In this document: positions 40,810-53,580 of the stretch, piece after piece
How positions within the stretch are numbered: the first letter of the stretch is position 1
How the letters are laid out: every line of letters starts with the position of its first letter
DNA from: Camelus ferus
Taxonomy: Eukaryota
Length of the DNA stretch: 64,000 nt
NCBI RefSeq assembly: GCF_009834535.1
Contig: NC_045697.1
Location: 67,210,001 to 67,274,000, forward strand
Reading direction: 5' to 3'
Notes under the pieces: model-generated
Seen by the model: the letters and a program-made list of their open reading frames with translations, nothing else
Database searches by the model: none
What the model was told of the DNA's origin: nothing
Program-made: the position numbers and the translations under genes

Positions 40810-43800
40810 TACAGAAGCAGCAACCTGGACTCTCCAGGAAACTTCTGGAGACACTAGATTGTGGCTGTATTCTCTTATGATCAGGGTATCTCAGTGTGAA
40901 GGCTTTACAAGTTATGGATCTTAGAAAAATAACAGTTCAGTGGAAGTTTCTCCTTTGTAGCTCACTGAGATGAGGAAAAGGTCAAAGGCATCCTAATGCA
41001 TTTATAGCAGCTTCGCAAGTTGCGGTGGTGTCAATCTAGGCCACCGCAGATAGGATCTCGCAGCAGTAATTGTAGCTCTGCTTTTTTCCGTCATCCTGAT
41101 TGTGGTGAGAGCTGAGAACTTAGAGCAATGGATTGAGAAAATACCATGAAATGAAAGGACCATTGGTCTGGATAAAACTACAGTCAGTAAAAATGGAAAA
41201 TAAACTTCCACGTGTTTGGCCTTTAGCAGCCTCAGAGACTTCAAATAACATTTTACCAAATTGCTTTTGAGTCTTTCATAGTTGTAATACTTTTCCTTGG
41301 GTCACTTGATAGTTTAAAATCTGTTAGCAGTTGTGAAATAGTGTAAAAGGGATATAGAATATATTTATTTTTTCTTAAATGCCACTTAATCCAATAAAAG
41401 TTAGGCCAAGGGGACATACTAATTTAAAAGTTATTATCTATTTGCACTGCTGATATGTTTGTACCCTAAAAGTTATTTGATTCAGGATTGGTCAAAACAA
41501 ACTTGTATTCATTGGCCTGCATATTGCTTTCATAGGGCTCCATCTATTAGTTGAAGAATTTAGCATTACTCCAGGTTTCAGGTATTATTTATGCTAGATG
41601 GTTTTGTATGTAGGGCACACAGTTTAAAAGGGTGCACTCTGTAATATTAAATGATATGAAAAATGAATGCTGAGAACAGAATTTAAATTTGAAAAAACTA
41701 ACACGCCTGACAACTGATAAATGGCCCAATTAACATTACAGACATTTTACCAAGTTTTGAAAAATGAAAAACAAACGAACAAAAATTTATTTGTATTAAA
41801 GGCAAAGTTTAGAAGTTTATAAATCATTTTCTTCATATTTCAGAATAATGGCTTAGGATTATTTTTCTGAATTGCTTACTTATGGTTCTTTAAACAGAGC
41901 ACAGTACATGTGATTAACTGCCTAATGATTTAGGTGAGTTATTGAAAAGATTTTGTATAAATTGAATATTAATGTCTTGAATTACTCTGTTCCATTGGAT
42001 CAGTCTTATAAATATCTGAGGGTGAGGGTATTTGGCTAAATGCTGAAGCCCCAGGAGCTGGACAAGTGTGGGCATACAATAAATAAGCCCTTCAACCCTG
42101 CAGAACTTTGTTTTGAATATATGAATAAAAGCCCTAATAAGAAAATGAACACAGTAAAGAAAGATACGACTCTGAAAATAGAAGCATTCTGAATGGATAT
42201 GAATGGATGACAGTGATATGGATATGAATAACTGAATCAGGATGATGAAAGCAGAGTCTTACCAAATTGATCATACAACTCAAATAGAAGAGTTATAATT
42301 CTCCCAATTTCTACCATCAGCTCTGTAGGGAAAAGCAAGTAATAAAAAATAAAAAATACTCTAAAGATGAACTTAAAATCACTTATGTGTCCTCAGTTGT
42401 AGGAATAGATAAAGGGAAATACTTAAAAAGAATATGCTGCTGTTTTTTGTCATTTTTATTTTTTGGAAAACTTCATCTTGATAGGAAAAGTGACCAAGAG
42501 AAGACAGAAGTAAAAAGGTGGTGGATCCACAGCAAAACCACCGCATAGAATAGTTGGTGGTTTTAATTTTTTCATCAAAATTCCTCACTAAAGACCAGTT
42601 TGTTCCTCAGTTTGCTCTTTCTTCCTTCCTTTCTCCCTCCCTCATTCCCTTCCTTCTTTCTTTTCTGTTGAATCCCAGGCAAGTGGAAGCCTTATAAAAA
42701 TATTTGAACATCTGCTTTGAGAATTGGACAAGTCTAAGGCACTTTTTGGAAATGTCCTCACTTTAACAGCTGCTAAGGATATGGGGCAGGAAAGTACAGG
42801 GATTTGGAAATAAAGGGGACCTTGAAAGATACAGTTCCCCATCTTCCTTGACTTGCTCATTCCCTTCACAGTCTATCTCTCCTATCACACTTTTACACTA
42901 GTCCTGAAGCATCTATGGTGCATGATAAACACCTTCTTTGATTCTCCACATTTTCTTGGTCCTTCAGTTACTTTCATTGAACAGAGAATCCTTTCACTGG
43001 TTCCATCAATTTTATCCACATCTCTAAGGGATATCAGAATACCATACTTAACTTGAATAAGTCTAATATTACGGCATAAACTCTTGCTTCCTATTTGTCA
43101 CATGTCTCACAGCCACATGCCACAGTAATTCCTTAATTCTCAAGGAACATTTTCTTCTTGAACATAATACGAGATATTGTAGAAAACATCCGATCGTGTC
43201 TCAGCTTGTCGACAATGCCTAGCTTTACTGGAAATGCAGCTCTTGAGAGCCTGATTCCTTGGAATGACCTTATAGTATGAGAGGATGAGAATCAATTCTC
43301 CTCATATCACTAAGAGTCTGCTGGGGATTATACCTGGGTATGGATGTGCCACACTCTTTTTAAAAAGTAAAAGGTTACCAGTTAAATGATATTGGACTAC
43401 TGGGTGCCAGATTTTTCAAAGCAGATTCATCTACAAAATCAATATGGACATAAGACATTTATTGCTTTATTTCATTATACAGCCATACCTCAAACATTTA
43501 ACATGTTGTCAGGAATAATACTTTGAGCTCTTAAACCTTAACCAAATGTAAAAGCAGAGACCCAGAGAAAATTAAATCTCCTGTGAACCAATATATCAAA
43601 TTGTATGATTTTTGTTCCTAGTTGTTCCATGAAAAGAAAAAGGGCCAATAAAAATATAACTTAAAATGGAAATAAAATTTCAAAAAACTGTGCCAAATAA
43701 TAGAGGAGTATTTTTCAGAAGAGTCACTGACCACAAAAAAGTGTCAATTAAATGAAATATCTTCATTGATTTCACAAAAAAAAAAAAAAAAAGAGAGAGA

Positions 43801-46299
43801 GAGAGGAGAATTAAAGACTTAAAGAAGATGGCTTTAGGAAATAGGAAACATATTGATCTGAGATAGTTCATTCCTGACAATTTTCAGCCTTTCATAAACT
43901 AGGTCACAGGACAATATGTGGTTTAGGATAAGGCAACGAAGTGGTGGTAATAAGGGAGATTTATGGGTTGAAAGGTAGTATAAGTTAAGAAATCTGACTA
44001 GTAGTAGTATTTTCTTATAGGGGTTAAGATAGGTGAGTGTCCAAAGACCATTAAAATGTGAGAGGAAACCATATGCTAGATAAATGCACATTTTATTTGC
44101 CTTGGCCATTAAATTCATGTTTAAATAATACCAAAATGCCTAGATAAAGAGTAAAACATCTATCATCTGAATATTGGGCTTTATAAAGTCTCTCTAGTCA
44201 CAATTTTATGGATTGTCTGTTTATCTAGTATATGCATGAAGTAGGTTAGCAAGCGATGCAAAAAATAAAAGCAAAAAATATTATGATTAAAAAACATATA
44301 TTGCTTCATTCTTTATATAAAAATATCCATTAGGCTGTATTTCATTACTTAGGCTTCACTTTATAGGTTTCTCTAGATATTTGAGCTGCATAAAACTTTT
44401 GTCCCCAATATTTCAACTTTAAATAACGTTGAAAAATATGTGCTGTCAACCAAGTAGAATTTTTAGGACTTTTAAGAATGACCCAATTTCACTGTGTAAT
44501 CAAAGATTTTATTTTATATAAACACACATTTTTAGATGCCCCTCCACACATCCTAAAGAACTAAATTTAATTATTTAAAATGATTAAGCCATTCCTATAT
44601 GTCAGGCACTGTACTAATATGTATATGACATCTATGAAATACATACATATATATATATACACATATATACACACAAATGCATTCAATGAAAATACACTCG
44701 ATTAGATTGTTATCCATATTGAATTTTTAATAAGAAAAATTACAGGAAAGTAGATATCAGAAAATTAGGTTTTTTAGCATCCCTACATTAAATTAAAAAT
44801 AATCTTTCTAACATAAGATCTGGGATCAATATATATTCAGCTTGATTTTCTACAACTTTTATTTGTACATATTTACTTTAACTGTATTTTACATCCCTGC
44901 TATACTTTTAGAATATTGAAAGCTATCAAAATACCTTTTCCTGAATATTACAAAACAGCTATAATATTCCTATCAGCCTTAACCAGATGAAAAAATACAT
45001 TGCACTGTGATGAAAGGAGATAAGAATATTATATTACAATTTTAGCACAATCTTTAAGAATAGCGGTGTTGCTACTTTGGGCTGAAAAAAAAAAGAAATT
45101 TCCCTTCATGGGTAATAAATCCATGTTTGTTTGGTGAAGCAGTATTAATATTTTGATAAGAGCAAGATTTTATATGTAATTTTAGATGACCAACAACTTG
45201 TATCAAACATGCTTTTCTGAGCAGCATATTGCACTTACCAAAAGTAATTTCTTTTTCTATTTGGAAATGCTCAGGACTCTTGCAAAAGTGAAGATGCAGA
45301 AACTAATGACACAAGGCCATGAGGCCCAAGTTCTATGTTGTGAAAGGTATTTAATAATCTTGCTATTGATTGAAATAAAATGTTAAAAGTTATCTGTATC
45401 AGTCAGTTTATTCTGATCTTCATTAATATATAAAGTACTTTTTATTGCAAACATGCAAAAATTCACTCACCTCAGTGCAGAGGAAGGCACTGGAATGATG
45501 CTTTTTTGGGGTTTTTTTGGATTATCTAATTATGTCACCCCTTTTCCAGTGTATATTGTGTGTAGAAACAACTAAGAAACTAAATGTGAGTCTGGCAGAG
45601 AAAGATTATGAGATTACATGATTTTGAAATTTGTTTTTCTAGTGTTTTACCACATTAGTGACTCATAACATTAGAATGAATTTGGTAAGAAAAATGTCAT
45701 AGGAAAATATCCAAAAGTAAGTTTATATTTGGTTAGGAGCTCAGAATTTCTTTGCTTGCCCATTACTTTTAATTTGTTATTTGGTCTCTTTTCTTCAGTA
45801 TGATCCACTATATTGAAATCAAAACTCAATAATCTGTACTTTTGGGAAGTGGGAGGAGATATACTGGTTCGAGTTGTGAAACGGTTGCCTCTTGGAGATG
45901 AGTGATTTGATTTGTGTATACTGAGAGGAAGAACATATAAATAACTGAGATAAACCAAACAAGAGTATTTCTGTGATAACTCTATGGAACCTAAATTATA
46001 TGATGAATCATTAGGTTTCCTTGAGAATATTTAAATAAATGATAAATTATGTTAATGCTTTTTAATACTAATATTTTTAAATACAGAAGCCAAACTGGGT
46101 TTTTGAGGTAGAGACCATTTTGTTAAATTCTCTGCAATCCTCTACGCCTCCAACACCCCTGATTATGGTACCTCCCACACTCTACCGCTCTGCCACTCCA
46201 GGTGCTTCTTATTTATGTTTTTGTATTCATTTCAAACATCAATCCACCTTTAAGTCTCTCATGGACTTTTTAATCACATATGCCTTGTGCCTTCTTAAA

Positions 46300-46500
46300 C
46301 AGCCAAGCACCATGCCATGTGCTTTAAAACAGTTCATTTATTCCCTAAAAAACACTATGAGGTTAATAGTATCCTATTTTATAAATTAAGAAACTGAGAC
46401 TTGCTGACATTAGATTACTTTCTTAAGCTTAGGCATCAGAAAGTACAAGAGCCAGGAATTAACCTTAAGTCATTCAGACTCTAAAACTTATACTCCTGCC
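46300..46500 (-). mobile_element. MIR SINE
   Basis: CCTATTTTATAAATTAAGAAACTGAGAC...GAGCCAGGAATTAACC...CAGACTCTAAA. Confidence 0.65.
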
Positions 46501-46976
46501 AGTATATAAACCTTTAAAATTTAATTCTCCAGACTTCGTCCAAGAGAAAATCATGTTACTTCATGACAGCATTCAGATTAGTTACTCATTTAGTCTAGGA
46601 GTGCTTTCTAAGTACCTTAGGTGAACTCTCTGTAGGAGAAGAAATGATTAAGGGCATCAGAATCTCAGATATAAATCCTGCTTGAGCAAATTACTTACTG
46701 TCTCTGTGTTTCAGTTTACTCATCAACGCAGAGGTAATTATTCACCTCACAGGCCATCATAGAGATTGTGATCTTCCATGTGATAGTATCTGACACATAG
46801 CAAAGAAGAGTTTTAAAAATGGATTATTATACTATTGTTAGGGACAGAGTCCTGCACTATGTAGGAAAAATGAACAGATAGTTTAAAATCTAACCGAGGA
46901 GACAAAAGACCAAAATATAAAATGATTTTAGGACAGTTACAATGCATGTTAAAAATTATGAAATGAGATATATACA

Positions 46977-46978
<2 letters not shown>

Positions 46979-47016
<38 letters not shown>
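46979..47016. repeat. (CA)n microsatellite
   Basis: Uninterrupted CA run. Confidence 0.95.
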
Positions 47017-47022
<6 letters not shown>

Positions 47023-47251
47023 TCTCTAAATAAGGACTGACAATAACAAAGTTTTAAGAGGGAGACTGGTATACACAGAAAGATTCCTAGGAGCAGGTGT
47101 GTTACAATATGTTAAGTTGACAAGTGGCAATTAAGTTTAAGGGTATGAGAGTGAAAGGAGAAGCATGAGGGCGCTCTAAAGAGGAACTGGAGGGCTCAAC
47201 TAAAATAGAACACTGAGGTGTTTTTAACTCATCTATCCTTCAAAAAAAAAA

Positions 47252-47465
47252 AGCTAATATTTGTTTAGTGCCTTCAAAAGCCAGACATTGTCCTAAGAAC
47301 TTTGTGCTAACTCAGATCTCACAGCAGCCTCATGCAAGGGAGGCGCTATTCTTATTTCCTTTTTACCTGTAAGGAAACTAAGGCACAGAATTGCTGATTG
47401 CTTTGCCTAGGGTCACGCATCTAGTGAGCCAGATCCGGGATTCTAAATCCAAGATTTCCAAAGCA
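47252..47465 (-). mobile_element. MIR SINE
   Basis: GCTAATATTTGTTTAGTGC...TTTTACCTGTAAGGAAACTAAGGCACAGA...TTGCCTAGGGTCAC, reverse MIR core. Confidence 0.8.
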
Positions 47466-50400
47466 GGCGAGCCGGTTCTAGGACTTGAGCAACCAGAGAG
47501 GCACTTAGCACTCACTGCACTGGGGCTTGGGAGGATGTAACCACTGGAGGAGTACACTGTGGAGCAGGCTTAACATTAAGGAGCTGAGACTGGTGCTACT
47601 TTGTTATGTCAGCTGAGGGTCAAGCCCAAATGTTTCCTGCTTAATTCCTAAGAATCAGAGGATCTGAAAGCTGTCTTTGAGATGTAAACCATGCAGGGAT
47701 TGACTAGGAGTTTTGTTGCAGAAAAGGATAAGCAGGTTGGATTAAACAACTAAATCCCACCTCAGAGATAAGCAATCACAGAGAATTGTGCAGACAAGAG
47801 GATGAGCAAGAATGTAAATCACATTATGGAAGTCCAAAAACTGGGGTCAGGATGAAGCTTGGGAAGGAATTTAGAGGGAAGATTTTACATAAGATTTAGT
47901 TAATGAGATACAGATTGAAGTTTGGGGCAAATGGAAAGGAAAGAAGGGAGGATTAGATGCAAGGCACCATTTAAAAACTTGGAAGTTTTCAGTCTGAGTA
48001 GAAGTGCTAGCAATATTAAAGAAAATTTAAAAGGTAGAAAAATTAAGGTGAAATGGAGCAGATACAGTTTTTATAACATTAAACTAGGGCAAATTTTAAC
48101 TCAAATATGAAACACATTTCTCTCTGAAAAAATTTTATATCAGAATTAAGTATTTCCAAATACAAATTTTGGTGAATTAACCTGTTGACAAAATATGAGG
48201 GATAAAAATGATTAAAAGATTGTAAGAGACAATGAATTTATTTGACGTGGGAAAGATAAGGCTCAAGAGTGGCAATAATTTTCATACACAAGTTTTGCAT
48301 GTGTGTATATAAATTATGCATATATAATTATATATATATTTATATACATATAAAATATGGAGATCAGCTTATCTCTAGTGATAGTAGAATGAGAAAAATT
48401 AAAAGAGAGGTATTAAAGATAAGATCTGCATATTATGAAAAGTAGCCTCTCTATATGTATATCATTGAAAATAGGATTTGTATTTAGCTGGGATATCTTA
48501 ATATATTTCAGTCAGAGAGACCTGTCATATTCTCTTAAATTCTGTGGCTTTGGTGTTATTGACTTTGCTGTTGTCATTATTTTATATTCACAAGCAGAAA
48601 ACAAATGCCTCATGAGGCTTAAGTTTGGAGAGTCTAGAGGTTTCATATATTCATGTAAATGAGTTATCTAAGCCTTTAACCTTGGAGAAGTCCCAGGCTC
48701 TCCCATCTCCACTCCCTGGTGGCCTTCCACATAAAAAGGTAAACAGGTGGCAACAAGGATGAGACGCAGAAAATATAATGCAGAAAGCCTCATGGAATGA
48801 CTTTTTGGGATTCACATTTGTGGTCAGGACCTGATTGATCCCTACTTGAGAATCAAAAAGACTGTCATAAAATCCATGTTTTATTGCCTCCTCTTTTAAT
48901 ATCATGCAATCCCCAAATGGTTATCATTAAGTCCACATTTGCTTATAGTAGTAACCAAGGCAGATAGACAGCTGAGTGGAATCCTCGGGTCCTTTCTGTT
49001 CAATAACCCCAAATTAATTTTGGTTAAATTTTAATTAGTTTCCTAAAGAGAGATCCAGTTTGTATTTTGGTTGTAGAATTAGACTTCTTTTGATGGTTGT
49101 CTTTTCATATACATAATGTTAAGTGAATTGGTCTTAAAGGCTGACAGCTGTGGTTATGTTAGTAGAGAATCACTCAGGGTATTAGAGGTCAACTTGTAGA
49201 TAGAGCCAAAATCAACTCTTAAAAACACACAGCTTTCTGATTAGCTTTACTGGGGCTATTCTCCCTAGAACTCTTAAGACGGATATGGCCAGTGATCTGC
49301 AAATTACTACTGCTTGGAACCATGCTGAATTTTATCAGAAACTGAAATTAACTGGCTTCAATATTAAATGATTCTTCTATGTCCTAATATTTATGCACTT
49401 TTGTTCCCTAACTTAAAATGAGTAGACTATACTTACAACTATATGATTTTGAAGACACTCAATTTTATTTCCCTTCTACTTCTATTTACGAATTTTGACT
49501 TGTAGGATGAGTGTTGACCAAAACCAGAAAATAAAATCTATAATGGAATGTTAGTTTGATGAGGGAAGGATTTTATGACTGTATATTGTTATATCACCGG
49601 TAGAACAGTGCCTGGTATTTAGCAGGAAAGCAATAACATTTGTTGAAAAAATGAACAGTTTGTTTTGATTAGTATATATAAACTTTTGAATAAAAACATT
49701 GAAAATTATGTATATACTAAATTTCCATACATACTGTGTGTGTGTGTGTGTGTGTGTATGCACATATCTCTTCTGGTAGACTCAACATATTCCAAATAAT
49801 TTCAAAAATAATTATGTAACAATTTCTATTTATTACAGAATTATAATTACTGTGCTGTTTATTTTAAATCCTCTATATATCATGTCCTGTCAGGGGAGTT
49901 ACTATATCCTGGATTCTTGGTTTTCTATTATTTTTTCATATGTATGAGAGCAACCGGAATTTTCTGCCCCTTTCTTCCTCTTTTACTACCTCCAAATCTC
50001 TTTTCAAACACCTTCCTTGAAGACCTAGTTCACTTTAATGGAGGATGGTGCAAGTAAGGAAATAACAGTATAGGTGAAACAAGATCTGGGTATAGCTGCC
50101 CTCTATAGACATAACATATTGGCCACTGGGTGAGACCACCCAGAACTGTTTGAATGTGTTGGTATACAGGAAGAAGAGAAAAGGAAATTCCTTAATGTGA
50201 TACACTTTAGTTGATGCTTACAAGTTCTGCAGTTTCTTCTTTAGTATTGTTTCAGTATGATTGGTTGATTAAGGCATCATGCATATATTAAACATCCTGC
50301 TAAATTTAACATTCTAATGCTAGAAGCTGCTCCCCAATCCATGTGTTTAAATTATAGTGCTGTCCAGAGTTTTAGGTATCATCTACTTAAGCTGTAAGAG

Positions 50401-51715
50401 ACCATCTCTTGTGTATTAGTCATTTTATGATTGGCTTTTTGAAGATTACATGAAACATGATTTACAAATAGAATATATGAGTAGAGCCTTCATGGTAATA
50501 GTGCGGTGAAAATGCTTTTCTGCTTTTTCTTGTTCCTCCATTCCTGCTTCAGTTATACATTTGGAAAGTGCCCTGAGAAGAGTGCTGATTCTCATGATCA
50601 TTTCTGTCCGCCTTATCAGAGTCAAATTCCAGCTGTCTGAAAAGAAAAATAAATCCCCAACCTGGTTCCCAACTGTAAGGACATAAGGCCTGGTACTGAC
50701 AAAAGAGCCCCTACTTTATACACTTGTGTTATTCTACTGAATGCATTAGGGTTGTCCTTTCTCCTTTTTCCAAAAGTAATTTTAGGAATGCTTATTTCTC
50801 TATTTTGAAAACCTTGTATCTTTTAGCATCACTATGGAACCACTCCCTTCCTTTCTTTCCCTTGTAATATCATTTTAATTTTTATGTCTGTGTCTTTGCC
50901 CTTTTCTTCTGAATAGTACAAAGGACTATAGTTTGACTATAGACTTAAAAAAAAGAAAAATCCCAAGTTTTCCTACCAATATCTAAAGCATCAAATCTTA
51001 CTAGGCTAAGCTAATCCTAGTCCAAACTCTGTTTTATGCAAAATTAAGCTAATATTTCCAGGTGAGTAATGAAGGTATCTGAGCTATTGAGGTTTTCCTA
51101 ACAAAACTTTCACCTAACTTCAGTTGCTTAGAGGCTCTTAGAGGACAAAATTGAAGTCATATTAGAATTTCTGGGGAAAAATGTGTTCAGAGATAGAACA
51201 TAAAAACTCCCATCCAGAAAATTTACATGTAACAATTTACATGTAAGCTTTTAAATGTCACCTAGCTCTGCAAAAAAATCAAATTGCCAAAGTCTTAATT
51301 ACTCTGTACATTTACTTTACAATATCATAATCCCATTACATGGAACTCCAAATCAAGATTAATTTCTTTCTCCTGTCCCTCTCTTCTTTCCTTCTTTCTT
51401 CCCTTCTTCCCACTTTCCCTCCCTTTCTTTCTAGATGTTCAGAGTGAATTGTATCATAAGCATTGACTATTTTAGTGCAAGCATCCAGCTTTTTCTTTTT
51501 GATGGATTGTAAAAGCCACATTACTTCCTGGGATTTTGTGTTCAGTATTAGTTACAAGTTACCCAGAGCTGAAGCACATCTTCACCTTAGAAAAGCTTAC
51601 CTCAGGTAGGATCATCAGACAAGAAACTTTGAACTAAGGAGTGATAGGTTTCTCAGTTCTTTATGCCATATACTTTTGCAGTCTTTTAAAAATATAATGA
51701 ATTGGAAAACATACT

Positions 51716-52140
51716 TGTGAGCTGGCCTTGAGATGAGTTAAGGCCATGGCATCCAAGGCCACAGCCAGAGCCTTGAGATAAGTTAAGGCTGTGGGACCTA
51801 AGGCCACGACTACAGAGCGTGTTTGTGGTATGCAGTAAATAATTGCTCCACGCATGCATCAATTATATAAGATTTAGAACAAAGAAAATAGAAGTACGCA
51901 TGTGCTAGAGATACTCTGTAAGCCTAATGAACAAAGAAACTCAGACCGCGCATGTGCTGACAGAAAACAGATAAAAGCAGGACAGGTGCATCATAGGCAC
52001 ACACCTTCCTGTGCAAAAAAGTGTTGTTAACCCCATGGTGTCTCTGGCTGAAGTCTGTCCGGCAGTATGGCAACTCCTCGTGCATTGTTTCGTTTGGGCC
52101 GCATCTCCTAGAACCCCACATCAGCCTCCCTCGGCTGACA
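51716..52140 (+). repeat. 5' LTR (425 bp)
   Basis: TG...CA termini; direct repeat of 58106-58535; followed by CC and the PBS. TATATAA at 51864-51870 and GATAAAA at 51970-51976. The polyA-signal position reads AAAAAA (52015-52020). Confidence 0.96.
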
Positions 52141-52142
52141 CC

Positions 52143-52160
52143 TGGCGTAGTCGGCAGGAT
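52143..52160 (+). other. Primer-binding site complementary to the tRNA-Ser 3' end
   Basis: TGGCGTAGTCGGCAGGAT is the reverse complement of ATCCTGCCGACTACGCCA, the 3' 18 nt of mammalian tRNA-Ser. It lies 2 nt after the 5' LTR. Confidence 0.93.
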
Positions 52161-52208
52161 GAGGTGAACGCCCCCTCTAAACCCCCCGCCCCTGACGGGA
52201 ATGCTCTA

Positions 52209-53580
52209 ATGGAAGCAAACTGGCCCCCTACCTCTGTATGGTACCCAATGGCAGCCTATTTGCTGACGTAGGCTCAACCTGAGGATTGGGACACAATGGC
52301 GACCCGGCCAGATGACATCCATAGGGCGTTGGAGCTGTTAGAAAATAATGTCCCATTAGCCCACCAAGAGGCAGCCAGGAGGGTGGTCTGGATGTTCTTA
52401 TCTGTTTTACAGCATGCTAGCCAAGACATGAGAGATTTACAGATGCAAGTGGAGGAGTTGCAATGCAAAGAAGAGGAACTTAAGCAGAGACCCAGCACAG
52501 CAGAAAGATGTCTACGTGGTCCTAACTCCGCTGCCTCTGAGAGCAACTATGCCTGTGTAGCTCCAGTCCCACCACCCCTGGGAACAATAAGCCCGACCCC
52601 TCCCCCCATTCCACTGCATCTACGGCCAATGGTGAGTCAGCGGATAGAAATGGAGGAGCCCATGGCTCAGGGGGGAATTCCTGCAGGGCCACGGTGAGTG
52701 ACATGACAAACCACCTATACATCCTACACATCAATGGAATTGAGAGACCTGGCAAAGCAATGCAAGCAGTGTATGGGTGAGTCAATCCCCACATGGCTAC
52801 TGCGCCTTTGGGATGATAAGGCTGACCAGACCGAGCTATCTCCGAAGGAGATGGGCCAGCTGGCCAACATAACAACTGTCCCCTCACTGCGGCAGAGACT
52901 GCAAACTATTCCCCAGTCAAATGCTGATGCTGGCAACCATACGCTGATAAGCTGGTTAATGGCTGCTGTACGCACTATGTGGGAAAATGCAGGGGATTTG
53001 CCTGAACACATGAGTAAATGGACCACGTATTTGGACTTAGCACAAGTTGTCCAGGAAATGGGCATGAACCAGATGATGTTTTCTTTGCATTTCCGTAGTC
53101 CAGATGATGAGCTCCTAACAGCTCGAATGAAAGATTTGATTTTGGCTAATGGCCCAACGGGAACGTTTGGGACTATGGCGGCGCTACTAGCACCATATGT
53201 AGACCGCCCCATTCATGAAGTAACTGAGGCTCTAGCTCAACTCGGGGGACATAGAGGTGCACTGAAAGGGGGTACATACTGCCAAGACTCAAGGTGAATC
53301 CAAGACCCTCTCCTCCCATGCAGTGACGCAGAAAGGAAAGTCCACACAGAGGAGGAAAAAGGGGAATGCTCCAATTTTAGGAGGGCCTCAAAAGCTAGAT
53401 CACTGTCAGATATGATATGATTTACTGGCAGCTGGCCTGGACTGTGTGAAATTAGATGGCCAGCCATTGGAGGTGCTGATGGCTTTATGGAAGAAATTAC
53501 GGCCTGAGCAACAATACACTCCATTGCCAACCTCCCATCAGGCCCAAGAGGTGGCCTTTGCTGATTTCCTCCCAGACTAG
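52209..53580 (+). pseudogene. gag: ERV-S gag (disrupted)
   Basis: One frame runs from ATG 52209 (MEANWPPTSVWYPMAAYLLT*AQPEDW...) through YTSMELRDLAKQCKQCMGESIPTWLLRLWD (ERV-L/Fv1-type major-homology-like region), with stops at 52269, 52695 and 52704. After a frameshift between ~53240 and ~53400 it continues QI*YDLLAAGLDCVKLDGQPLEVLMALWKKLRPEQQ...FLPD and ends at TAG 53578-53580. Confidence 0.88.

Noticed and set aside
52143..52160. tRNA-Ser gene
   Set aside because: Only the 18-nt complement including CCA is present, next to an LTR. This is a PBS, not a tRNA gene.
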